64,000 nt of DNA from Mobula hypostoma. Its lineage: Eukaryota. A program made the position numbers and the translations under genes. The DNA lies in contig NC_086097.1 in NCBI RefSeq assembly GCF_963921235.1, positions 101,682,001 to 101,746,000 of the forward strand, read 5' to 3'. Position 1 is the first letter of the stretch, and the number at the start of each line of letters is the position of its first letter. The notes below the pieces were generated by a model. It saw only the letters and a list, made by a program, of their open reading frames with translations, was not told where the DNA came from and did no database searches. Of this stretch, positions 1-9,902 are shown piece by piece.

Positions 1-275
1 CCATCAGGGAGGAGGGACAGAAGCCTGAAGGTTTCGGAAGCGATTCAGGAACAGCTTCTTCCCCTCTGCCATTCGATTCCTAAATGGACATTGAACCCAT
101 GAACACTACCTCACTTTATTTTAAATTTCTGTTTTTGCACTACTTATCAAAATTTAACATACATATCTATGCCATGCGCAATTCAGTTCTTTTTCTATAT
201 GTATCATGTACAACATTGTACTGCTGCCACAAGGTTAACAAATTTCACAACACATGCCGTGACATTAACCTGATT
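1..275 (+). mobile_element. Rex1/Babar-like LINE 3' end fragment (end of RT ORF plus 3' UTR)
   Basis: Reads PSGRR-RSL...RFRNSFFPSAIRFLNGH* with a frameshift, a C-terminus typical of Rex1/Babar-type RT ORFs. An AT-rich UTR follows, ending aacctgatt. Confidence 0.7.
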
Positions 276-458
276 AAAATCTCAGGCCACATGTTCCACT
301 TAACACCAGTTCTCAGCCTTGTTTCATTGTAGGGGTTCTGCTGAAGTTCCTAGCTGCAGCCAGACTCTTGAATATTGGACAAAAATGGATTTACCCCTCT
401 GATCTTTATCATCACCCCCTGCCACGTGCTCCCCAGTGACAACACAACTGCTACTCAC

Positions 459-526
459 GGTCACGGCTGTAGTCATCCACCAGGATGATTTCCTGGATGA
501 GCCTGGGAGGACTGCGATTTAGGATG
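459..526 (-). CDS. GALNT16: Internal coding exon (68 nt) of a polypeptide N-acetylgalactosaminyltransferase, GALNT16-like
   Basis: Minus strand: ctttccacag|C ATC CTA AAT CGC AGT CCT CCC AGG CTC ATC CAG GAA ATC ATC CTG GTG GAT GAC TAC AGC CGT GAC C|gtgagt = (S)[22 protein letters not shown]. Canonical AG/GT sites; EIILVDD is the GALNT GT-A motif. The paralog call (16 vs 14 or 2) is from recalled similarity. Confidence 0.9.
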
Positions 527-699
527 CTGTGGAAAGCAGTGAGAAGTGTAAATCGTTACCAAGTAAGTGTCAAACATGCAAACCACATCCACCCCCAACT
601 CCCCACCCACTGTTGTCCCCCAAACACATGGCTATAAACTTAACCGAGAGCATCAGCACCAGATTGGACCCGTGAACCCACTGAATCATCAAGCATTCG

Positions 700-810
700 T
701 GCGACCTTGGCCAGACACCCTTCTTGTTTCGATCTCTTAGGAGAAGATACAGCAGCTTGGAAGACCATATGATCAGAAGTCCACCCGGCTGCTAACAGAC
801 TTCTGAAATA
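700..810 (+). mobile_element. Highly decayed Rex1-like LINE 3' fragment
   Basis: ggagaagatacagcagcttg (RRYSSL) and gctaacagacttctg resemble the RRYRSL...AIRLLN terminus seen at 1-93. Confidence 0.35.
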
Positions 811-828
811 ATCATTACTTTCTAATCC

Positions 829-3650
829 CGCACTACACTACAGTCACCGTACCATACATCACACCGCACTACAGTCTCCGTACCGTACGTCACACCACAC
901 TATGAGACTGTACGTCACACCACACTACAGTCACTGTACCGTACATCACACCGCACTACAGTCTCCGTACTGTACGTCACACCACACTACAGTCACTGTA
1001 CCGTACGTCACACCGCACTACAGTCTCCGTACCATACGTCACACCACACTGAGACTGTACATCACACCACACTACAGTCACTGTACCGTACATCACACCG
1101 CACTACAGTCTCCGTACTGTACATCACACCACACTACAGTCACTGTACCGTACGTCACACCGCACTACAGTCTCCGTACTGTACGTCACACCGCACTACA
1201 GTCTCCGTACCGTACATCACACCGCACTACAGTCTCCGTACCGTACGTCACACCACACTACAGTCTCCGTACCGTACATCACACCGCACTACAGTCTCCG
1301 TACCGTACGTCACACCACACTACGAGACTGTACGTCACACCACACTACAGTCACTGTACCGTACATCACACCGCACTACAGTCTCCGTACTGTACATCAC
1401 ACCACACTACAGTCACTGTACCGTACGTCACACCGCACTACAGTCTCCGTACTGTACGTCACACCGCACTACAGTCTCCGTACCGTACATCACACCGCAC
1501 TACAGTCTCCGTACCGTACGTCACACCACACTACAGTCTCCGTACCGTACATCACACCGCACTACAGTCTCCGTACCGTACGTCACACCACACTATGAGA
1601 CTGTACGTCACACCACACTACAGTCACTGTACCGTACATCACACCGCACTACAGTCTCCGTACTGTACGTCACACCACACTACAGTCACTGTACCGTACG
1701 TCACACCGCACTACAGTCTCCGTACCATACGTCACACCACACTGAGACTGTACGTCACACCACACTACAGTCACTGTACCGTACATCACACCGCACTACA
1801 GTCTCCGTACTGTACATCACACCACACTACAGTCACTGTACCGTACGTCACACCGCACTACAGTCACTGTACCGTACGTCACACCGCACTACAGTCTCCG
1901 TACTGTACGTCACACCGCACTACAGTCTCCGTACCGTACATCACACCGCACTACAGTCTCCGTACCGTACGTCACACCACACTACAGTCTCCGTACCGTA
2001 CATCACACCGCACTACAGTCTCCGTACCGTACGTCACACCACACTACGAGACTGTACGTCACACCACACTACAGTCACTGTACCGTACATCACACCGCAC
2101 TACAGTCTCCGTACCATACATCACACCACACTATAGTCTCCATACCGTACGTCACACCACACTACAGTCACTGTACCGTACGTCACACCGCACTACAGTC
2201 TCCGTACCGTACGTCCCACCACACTACGAGACTGTACATCACACCACACTACAGTCTCCATACCGTACAGCACATCACACTACAGTCTCCGTACCGTACA
2301 TCACACCGCACTACAGTCTCCGTACCATACATCACACCGCACTACAGTCTCCGTACCGTACGTCACACCACACGAGACTGTACGTCACACCACACTACAG
2401 TCTCTGTACCGTACGTCACACCACACTACAGTCTCCGTACCGTACGTCACACCACACTACAAGACTGTACATCACACCACACTACAGTCTCCGTACCGTA
2501 CGTCACACCACACTACAGTCTCCATATCGTACATCACACCACACTACAGTCTCCGTACCGTACGTCACACCACACTACAGTCTCCGTACCGTACGTCACA
2601 CCACACTACGAGACTGTACATCACACCACACTACAGTCTCCGTACCGTACGTCACACCACACTATAGTCTCCATACCGTACGTCACACCACACTACAGTC
2701 TCCGTACCGTAAGTCACACCACACTACGAGACTGTACATCACACCACACTACAGTCTCCGTACCGTAAGTCACACCACACTACAGTCTCCATATCGTACA
2801 TCACACCACACTACAGTCTCCGTACCGTACGTCACACCACACTACAGTCTCCATACTGTACGTCACACCACACTACAGTCTCCGTACCATACATCACACC
2901 ACACTATAGTCTCCGTACCGTACGTCACACCACACTACAGTCTCCGTACCGTACGTCACACCACACTACAGTCTCCGTACCGTAAGTCACACCACACTAC
3001 GAGACTGTACATCACACCACACTACAGTCTCCGTACCGTAAGTCACACCACACTACAGTCTCCATATCGTACATCACACCACACTACAGTCTCCGTACCG
3101 TACGTCACACCACACTATAGTCTCCGTACCGTACGTCACACCACACTATAGTCTCCGTACCGTACATCACACCACACTACAGTCTCCGTACCGTACGTCA
3201 CACCACACTATAGTCTCCGTACTGTACATCACACCACACTATGAGACTGTACATCACACCACACTACAGTCACCGTACCATACAGCACATCACACTACTG
3301 TCTCCGTACCGTACATCACACCGCACTACAGTCTCCGTACCGTACGTCACACCACACTACAGTCTCCATACCATACGTCACACCACACTACAGTCTCCAT
3401 ACCGTACGTCACACCACACGAGACCATACGTCACACCACACTACAGTCTCTGTACCGTACGTCACACCACACTACAGTCTCCATACCGTACATCACACCA
3501 CACTACAGTCTCCGTACCGTACGTCACACCACACTACGAGACTGTACATCACACCACACTACAGTCACCGTACCGTACATCACACCACACTACAGTCTCC
3601 ATACCGTACATCACACCACACTACAGTCACCGTACCGTACGTCACACCGT
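829..3650. repeat. Minisatellite, 31-bp unit CACACCACACTACAGTCTCCGTACCGTACGT with interspersed 22-25-bp variants
   Basis: Direct tandem repetition over ~2.8 kb; the short variant is CACACCACACTACGAGACTGTACRT. Confidence 0.97.
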
Positions 3651-6600
3651 ACAATAGACAATAGGTGCAGGAGTAGGTCATTCAGCCCTTCGAGCCAGCA
3701 CCACCATTCATTGTGATCATGGTTGAACATCCGCAATCAGTACCCTTTTCCTGCCTTCTCCCCATATCCCTTCACTCCGCTATCTTTAAGAGCTCTATCT
3801 AACTCTTTTTCGAAAGAATCCAGAGAATTGGCCTCCACTGCCTTCTGAGGCAGAGCATTCCACAGAACCACAACCCTCTGTGTGAAAAAGTTTTTCCTCA
3901 ACTCCGTTCTAAATTGTCTACCCCTTATTTTTAAACTGTAGCCTCTGGTTCTAGACTCCCCCAACATTGAGAACATGTTTCCTGCCTCTAGCATGTCCAA
4001 TCCCTTAATAATCTTATATGTTTCAATCAGATCCCCTCTCATCCTTCGAAATTCCAGTGTATACAAACCCAGTCGCTCCAATCTTTCAACGTATGACAGT
4101 CCCACCATCCCGGGAATTAACCTCGTGAACCTACGCTGCACTCCCTCAATAGCTAGAATGTCCTTCCTTAAATTTGGAGACCAAAACTATACACAATATT
4201 CCAGGTGTGGTCTCACCAGGGCCCTGTGCAACTGCAGAAGCACCTCTTTGCTCCTATACTCAATTCCCCTTGTTATGAAGGCCAGCATACCATTAGCTTT
4301 CTTCACTGCCTGCTGTACCTGCATGCTTACTTTCAGAGACTGATGAACAAGGACACCTAGATCTCTTTGTACTTCCCCTTTTCCTAACTTTGACACCATT
4401 CAGATAGTCATCTGCCTTCCCGTTCTTGCCACCAAAGTGGATAACCTCACATTTATCCACATTAAACTGCATCTGCCATGCATCTGCCCACTCACCCAAT
4501 CTGTCCAAGTCACCCTGCGTTCTCATAACATCCTCCTCACATTTCACACTGCCACCCAACTTTGTGTCATCTGCAAATTTGCTAATGTTACTTTTAATAT
4601 CTTCATCTAAATCATTAATGTACATTGTAAATAGCTGCGGTCCCAGCACCGAGCCTTGCGGTAACCCACTAGTCACTGCCTGCCATTCTGAAAAGGACCC
4701 ATTAATCCCTACTCTTTGTTTCCTGTCTGCCAACAAATTTTCTATCCATGTCAGTACCCTACCCCCAATACCATTTGCTCTAATTTTGCACACTAACCTC
4801 CTTTGTGGGACCTTATCAAAGGCTTTCTGAAAGTCCAGGTACACTACATCCACTGCCTTTCCCATGTCCATTTTCATAGTCACATTCTCAAAAAATTCCA
4901 GAAGATTAGTCAAGCATGACTTCCCCTTCGTAAATCCATGCTGACTCGGACCTATCCTGCCACTACTATCCAAATATGCCGCTATTTCATCTTTTATAAT
5001 TGATTCCAGCACTTCCCCACCACTGATGTCAGACTAACTGGTCTATAATTGCCTGTCTTCTCTCTCCCTCCTTTCTTAAAAAGTGGGATAACATTAGCTC
5101 CAATCCGCAGGAACTGATCCTAAATCTATGGAACATTGGAAAATTATTACCAATGCGTCAACAATTTCTAGAGCCACCTCCTTAAGTACCCTGGGATGCA
5201 GACCTTCAGTCCCATCAGTTTACTCAACACCATTTTCTGCCTGATGTGAATTTCCTTCAGTTCCTCTGTTACCCTAGGTCCTCTGGCCACTATTACATCT
5301 GGGAGATTGTCTGTGTCTTCCCCAGTGAAGACAGATCCAAAGTACCTGTTCAGCTCATCTGCCATTTCCTTGTTCCCCATAATAATTTCACCCGTTTCTG
5401 TCTTCAAGGGCCCAACTTTGGTCTTAACGAATTTTATCCTCTTCACATACCTAAAGAAGCTTTTACTATCCTCCTTTATATTCTTGGCTAGCTTACCTTC
5501 ATATCTCATCTTTTCCCCCCGTATTGCCTTTTTAGTTATCTTCTGAGGCTCCTTAAAAGTCTCCCAATCCTCTGGCTTCCCACTCATCCTTGCTACGTTA
5601 TACTTCATCTCTTTTATTTTTATACTGTTCTTGACTTCCCTTGTCATCCACAGTCGCCCCTTACTCCCCTTAGAATCTTTCTTCCTCTTTGGAATGAACT
5701 GATCCTGCACCTTCTGTATTATTCCCAGAAATACCTGCCATTGTTGTTCCACTGTCATCCCTGCTGGGGTATCTTTCCAGTCAACTTTGGCCTTCCTCCT
5801 CATGAGTCCATAGTCCCCTTTGTTCACCTGTAATACTGACACTTCCGATCTTCCCTTCTCCCTCTCAAATTGTAGATTAAAACTTATCATATTATGGTCA
5901 CTACCTCCTAATGGCTCCTTTACCTCAAGCTCTCTTATCAAATCTGGCTCATTACACAACACTAAATCCAGAATTGCCTTCTCCCTGGTAGGCTCCAATA
6001 CAAGCTGCTCTAAGAATCCATCTCTAAGGCATTCCACAAACTCCCTTTCTTGGGGTCCAGTACCAACCTGATTTTCCCAGTCTACCTACACATTGAAATC
6101 CTCCATAACAACCGTAGTATTAACTTTGCGACATGCCAATTTTAACTCTTGATTTAACTTGCACCCTATATCCAGGCTACTGTTTGGGGGCCTGTAGATA
6201 ACTCCCATCAGGGTCTTTTTGCCCTTACAGTTTCTCAGTTCTATCCATACTGACTCTACATCTCCTGATTCTATGTCCCCCCCTCGCAAGTGACTGAATT
6301 TCATTCCTCACCAACAGAACCAGGCCACCCCCTCTGCCCACCTGTCTGTCCTTTCGAGAGGATGCATAACCCTGAATATTCATTTCCCAGCCCTGGTCCT
6401 CTTGCAGCCATGTCTCTGTTATTCCCACAACATCATACTTGCTAATTTCCAACTGAGCCTCAAGCTCATCCACTTTATTTCTTATACTCTGTACATTCAT
6501 ATATAATACTTTTAATCCTTTTAAAGTAATACTTTTACTCCCCTCACCTTTCACATTGATTCCTATTGCACTCGGCCAGACTCTCCGATCCCCTCCTGAT

Positions 6601-6689
6601 CTTTCTGCCCCTTTAATTCTGTTGTCTTTCTTAACTTTTCTTATTCTTTCATTCCCTCTAACTCCATTCTTATATTTCCTGTTCATCCC
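3651..6689 (-). mobile_element. CR1-clade LINE (HER1-like), near-complete ORF2 (APE endonuclease + RT), frameshifted
   Basis: ORF pieces: LKVLYMNVQSIRNK...GITETWL, IYRPP and SDHN (endonuclease); YLDFQKAFDKV, PQGSVLGP and KFADDTK (RT); RPHLEYC and LEFRRMRGDLIETYKI. The 3' tail ends ...cctactcctgcacctattgtctattgt at 3651. Confidence 0.95.
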
Positions 6690-6842
6690 ATGAGACCTTA
6701 AGACCATAAGACAAAGGAGCAGAAGTCGGCCATTCGGCCCATCGAGTCTGCTCTGTCATTTTATCATGAGCTGATCCATTCTCCCATTTAGTCCCACTCC
6801 CCCACCTTTTCACCATAACCTTTGATGCCCTGGCTACTCAGA
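6690..6842 (-). mobile_element. Short 5'-truncated CR1 3'-end fragment from a different subfamily
   Basis: Minus strand reads ggcatcaaaggttatggtgaaaagg...gactcgatgggccgaatggccgacttctgctcc followed by a (tcttatgg)-type tail, similar to the tail at 17760-17822. Confidence 0.85.
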
Positions 6843-6916
6843 CTGGCGTTCTGGCAGGCAGGTTTGCCACTGCTACACGGGTGTGTTTAAACTAAGTAGT
6901 GGGGAGAGGGGACGAA
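6842..6916 (+). mobile_element. Inverted CR1 fragment: ORF1 C-terminus and ORF1/ORF2 junction
   Basis: Translates TGVLAGRFATATRVCLN* followed by gtagtggggagagggga. This matches the recalled end of CR1 esterase-type ORF1 (..ILAGRFA..R..LN*). Confidence 0.6.
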
Positions 6917-9001
6917 CTGAAGGAAGAGTTAGTAAGAGATTTGAAAGTGGGAGGGGGAGGGGGATGGATGATAGGAGAAGACAGGAGAGGGAAGGAATGG
7001 GGCCAAGAGCTGAACAGGTGATTGGCAAAAGGGATATGAGAGGATCGTGGGACAGGAGGCCCAGGGAGAAGGAAAAGGCGGGGGGGACCCAGAGGATGGG
7101 CAAGGCGTATAGTCAGAGGGACAGAGGGAGAAAAAGGAGAGAGAGAGAGAAAAAGAATGTGTGTGTAAAAATAAATAACGGATGGGGTACGAGGGGGAGG
7201 TGGGGCATTAGCGGAAGTTAGAGAAGTCAGTGTTCATGCCATCAGGTTGGAGGCTACCCAGACGGAATATAAGGTGTTGTTCCTCCAATCTGAGTGTGGC
7301 TTCATCTTTACAGTAGAGGAGGCCATGGATAGACATGTCAGAATGGGAATGGGATGTGGAATTAAAATGTGTGGCCACTGGGAGATCCTGTTTTCTCTGG
7401 CGGACAGAGCGTAGGTGTTCAGCAAAGCGGTCTCCCAGTCTGCGTCGGGTCTCGCCAATATATAGAAGGCCACATCGGGAGCACCAGACACAGTATATCA
7501 CCCCAGCCGACTCACAGGTGAAGTGTCGCCTCACGTGGAAGTATTGCCTGGGGCCCTGAATGGTGGTGAGGGAGGAAGTGTAAGGGCATGTGTAGCACTT
7601 GTTCCGCTTACAAGTATAAGTGCCAGGAGGGAGATCAGTGGGGAGGGATGGGGGGGACGAATGGACAAGGGAGTCACGTAGGGAGCGATCCCTGCAGAAA
7701 GCAGAGAGAGGTGGGGAGGGAAAGATGTGCTTAGTGGTGGGATCCCGTTGGAGGTGGCGGAAGTTACGGACCCGGAGGCTGGTGGGATGGTAGGTGAGGA
7801 CCAGGGGAATCCTATTCCTAGTGGGGTGGCGGGAGGATGGAGTGAGAGCAGATGTGCGTGAAATGGGGGAGATGCATTTGAGAGCAGAGTTAATGGTGGA
7901 GGAAGGGAAGCCCCTTTCTTTAAAAAAGGAGGACATCTCCTTTGTCCTGGAATGAAAAGCCTCATCCTGAGAGCAGATGCGGCGGAGACGGAGGAATTGC
8001 GAGAAGGGGATGGCATTTTTGCAAGAGACAGGGTGAGAAGAGGAATAGTTCAGATAGCTGTGAGAGTCAGTAGGCTTATAGTAGACATCAGTGGATAAGC
8101 TGTCTCCAGAAATGGAGACAGAAAGATCTAGAAAGGGGAGGGAGGTGTCAGAAATGGACCAGGTAAACTTGAGGGCAGGGTGAAAGTTGGAGGCAAAGTT
8201 AATAAAGTCAACGAGCTCAGCATGCGTGCAGGAAGCAGCGCCAATGCAGTCGTCGATGTAGCGAAGGAAAAGTGGGGGACAGATACCAGAATAGGTATGG
8301 AACATAGATTGTTCCACAAAGCTAACAAAAAGGCAGGCATAGCTAGGACCCATACGGGTGCCCATAGCTACACCTTCAGTTTGGAGGAAGTGGGAGGAGC
8401 CAAAGAAGAAATTATTAAGAGTGAGGACTAATTCCGCTAGACGGAGCAGAGTAGTGGTAGAGGGAATCTGATTAGGTCTGGAATCCCAAAAGAAGCGGAG
8501 AGCTTTGAGACCTTCCTGATGGGGGATGGAAGTATATAGAGACTGGACATCCATGGTGAAAATAAAGCAGTGGGGGCTAGGGAACTTAAAATCATCGAAA
8601 AGTTTAAGAGCGTGAGAAGTGTCACGAACATAGGTAGGAAGGGATTGTACAAGGGGGGATAAAACCGTGTCGAGGTATGCAGAAACGAGATCGGTGGGGC
8701 AGGAGTAAGCTGAGACAATAGGTCTACCAGGACAGGCACGTTTCTGGATCTTGGGTAGGAGGTAAAAACGGGAAGTGCAGGGTGTGGGAACTATAAGGTT
8801 GGTAGCAGTAGATGGGAGATCCCCTGAGCGGATAAAGTCGGTGATGGTGTGGGAGACAGTGGGCTGGTGCTCCTTAGTGGGGTCGCGATCGAGGGGTAAA
8901 TAAGAGGAGGTATCCGCGAGTTGTCGCTCTGCCTCGGCAAGGTAGAGGTCAGTACGCCAGACTACAACAGCACCCCCCTTAACGGCGGGTTTAATAGTAA
9001 G
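6910..9001 (-). mobile_element. Penelope-like retroelement (Neptune-like), 5'-truncated
   Basis: RT + GIY-YIG ORF followed by a pyrimidine-rich 3' region that aligns with 9460-9773. Confidence 0.93.
7208..9001 (-). CDS. Penelope-like RT + GIY-YIG endonuclease frame (~597 codons, no genuine start codon)
   Basis: RT motifs IKPAVKG, FYLLPKIQK, GRPIVS, MDVQSLYTSIP, GVAMG, RYIDD and FLD; Cys linker CKRNKCYTC; GIY-YIG motif VIYCVWCSRCGLLYIGET...RFAEH...E...GMN. The first ~23 aa of ORF 7208..9070 come from the inverted arm. Confidence 0.9.
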   Translation of the reverse strand, partial: LTIKPAVKGGAVVVWRTDLYLAEAERQLADTSSYLPLDRDPTKEHQPTVSHTITDFIRSGDLPSTATNLIVPTPCTSRFYLLPKIQKRACPGRPIVSAYSCPTDLVSAYLDTVLSPLVQSLPTYVRDTSHALKLFDDFKFPSPHCFIFTMDVQSLYTSIPHQEGLKALRFFWDSRPNQIPSTTTLLRLAELVLTLNNFFFGSSHFLQTEGVAMGTRMGPSYACLFVSFVEQSMFHTYSGICPPLFLRYIDDCIGAASCTHAELVDFINFASNFHPALKFTWSISDTSLPFLDLSVSISGDSLSTDVYYKPTDSHSYLNYSSSHPVSCKNAIPFSQFLRLRRICSQDEAFHSRTKEMSSFFKERGFPSSTINSALKCISPISRTSALTPSSRHPTRNRIPLVLTYHPTSLRVRNFRHLQRDPTTKHIFPSPPLSAFCRDRSLRDSLVHSSPPSLPTDLPPGTYTCKRNKCYTCPYTSSLTTIQGPRQYFHVRRHFTCESAGVIYCVWCSRCGLLYIGETRRRLGDRFAEHLRSVRQRKQDLPVATHFNSTSHSHSDMSIHGLLYCKDEATLRLEEQHLIFRLGSLQPDGMNTDFSNFR

Positions 9002-9902
9002 ACTCCCTTGTCCATTCGTCCCCCCCATCCCTCCCCACTGATCTCCCTCCTGTCCTTGTAAGCGGAACAAGTGCTACATATGCCCTTACACTTCCTCCCT
9101 TACCAGCATTCAGGGCCCCAGACAGTCCTTCCAGGTGAGGCGACACTTCACCTGTGAGTCGGCTGGGGTGATATACTGCGTCCGGTGCTCCCGATGTGGC
9201 CTTCTATATATTGGCAAGACCCGACGCAGACTAGGAGAGTGCCTTACTGAACACCTACGCTCTGTCCGCCAGAGAAAGCAGATCTCCCAGTGGCCACACA
9301 TTTTAATTTCACATCCCATTCCCATTCTGACATGTCTATCCACGGCCTCCTCTACTGTAAAGATGAAGCCACACTCAGGTTGGAGGAAAAACACCTTATA
9401 TTCTGTCTGGGTATCCTCCAACCTGATGGCATTAACATTAACTTCTCTAACTTCCACTAATGCCCCACCTCCCCCTCGTACCCCATCCGTTATTTATTTA
9501 TATACACACATTCTTTCTCTCTCTCTCTCTCTCTCCTTTTTCTCCCTCTGTCCCTCTGACTATACCCCTTGCCCATCCTCTAAGTTCCCCCCCGCCCCCC
9601 CGTTATCTTTCCCCCTGGGCCTGCCGTCCCATGATCCTCTCATATCCCCTTTCCCAATCACCTGTCCAGCTCTTGGCTCCATCCCTCCCCCTCCTGTCTT
9701 CTCCTATCATTTTGGATCTCCCCCTCCCCCTCCCACTTTCATATCTCTTACTAACTCTTCCTTCAGTTAGTCCTGACAAAGGGTCTCAGCCTGAAACGTC
9801 GACCGTATCTCTTCCTAGAGATGCTGCCTGACCTGCTGCGTTCACCAGCAACTTTGATATGTGTTGCTTGAATTTCCAGCACCTACAGAATTCCTGTTGT
9901 TT
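9001..9902 (+). mobile_element. Inverted partial copy (pLTR-like arm) of the same Penelope-like family
   Basis: 9001 gactcccttgtccattcgtcc is the reverse complement of ~7655-7675. It encodes a frameshifted GIY-YIG (VIYCVRCSRCGLLYIGKT) and continues into the terminal region. Confidence 0.92.
9769..9803 (+). ncRNA. Minimal type I hammerhead ribozyme motif with a mutated core
   Basis: gtc-CTGACAA-A-GGGTCTCAGCCT-GAAA-C-GTC-gac: stem I gtc/gac, CUGAnGA core with G>A, short stem II, GAAAC and a GUC cleavage triplet, located in a Penelope pLTR. Confidence 0.75.

Noticed and set aside
84..332. 82-aa ORF
   Set aside because: It lies in the 3' UTR of the Rex1-like fragment and has no protein features.
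902..3151. 749-aa His/Thr-rich ORF (and ORF 3241..3657)
   Set aside because: It is a translation of a 31-bp repeat whose consensus has no stop codon on the plus strand in any frame. The period is not a multiple of 3, it cycles through all frames, and it is antisense within an intron.
3975..6071. Plus-strand ORFs over the CR1 (likewise 23555-26661 and 16841-17751)
   Set aside because: These are antisense or shadow frames of LINE ORF2.
7208..9070. Novel or domesticated RT-nuclease gene, or a prokaryotic retron/group II-type system
   Set aside because: The architecture is standard for Penelope-like elements. The N-terminus is truncated, the predicted start comes from the inverted arm, and conserved residues look mutated (PAVKG, LPKIQK).
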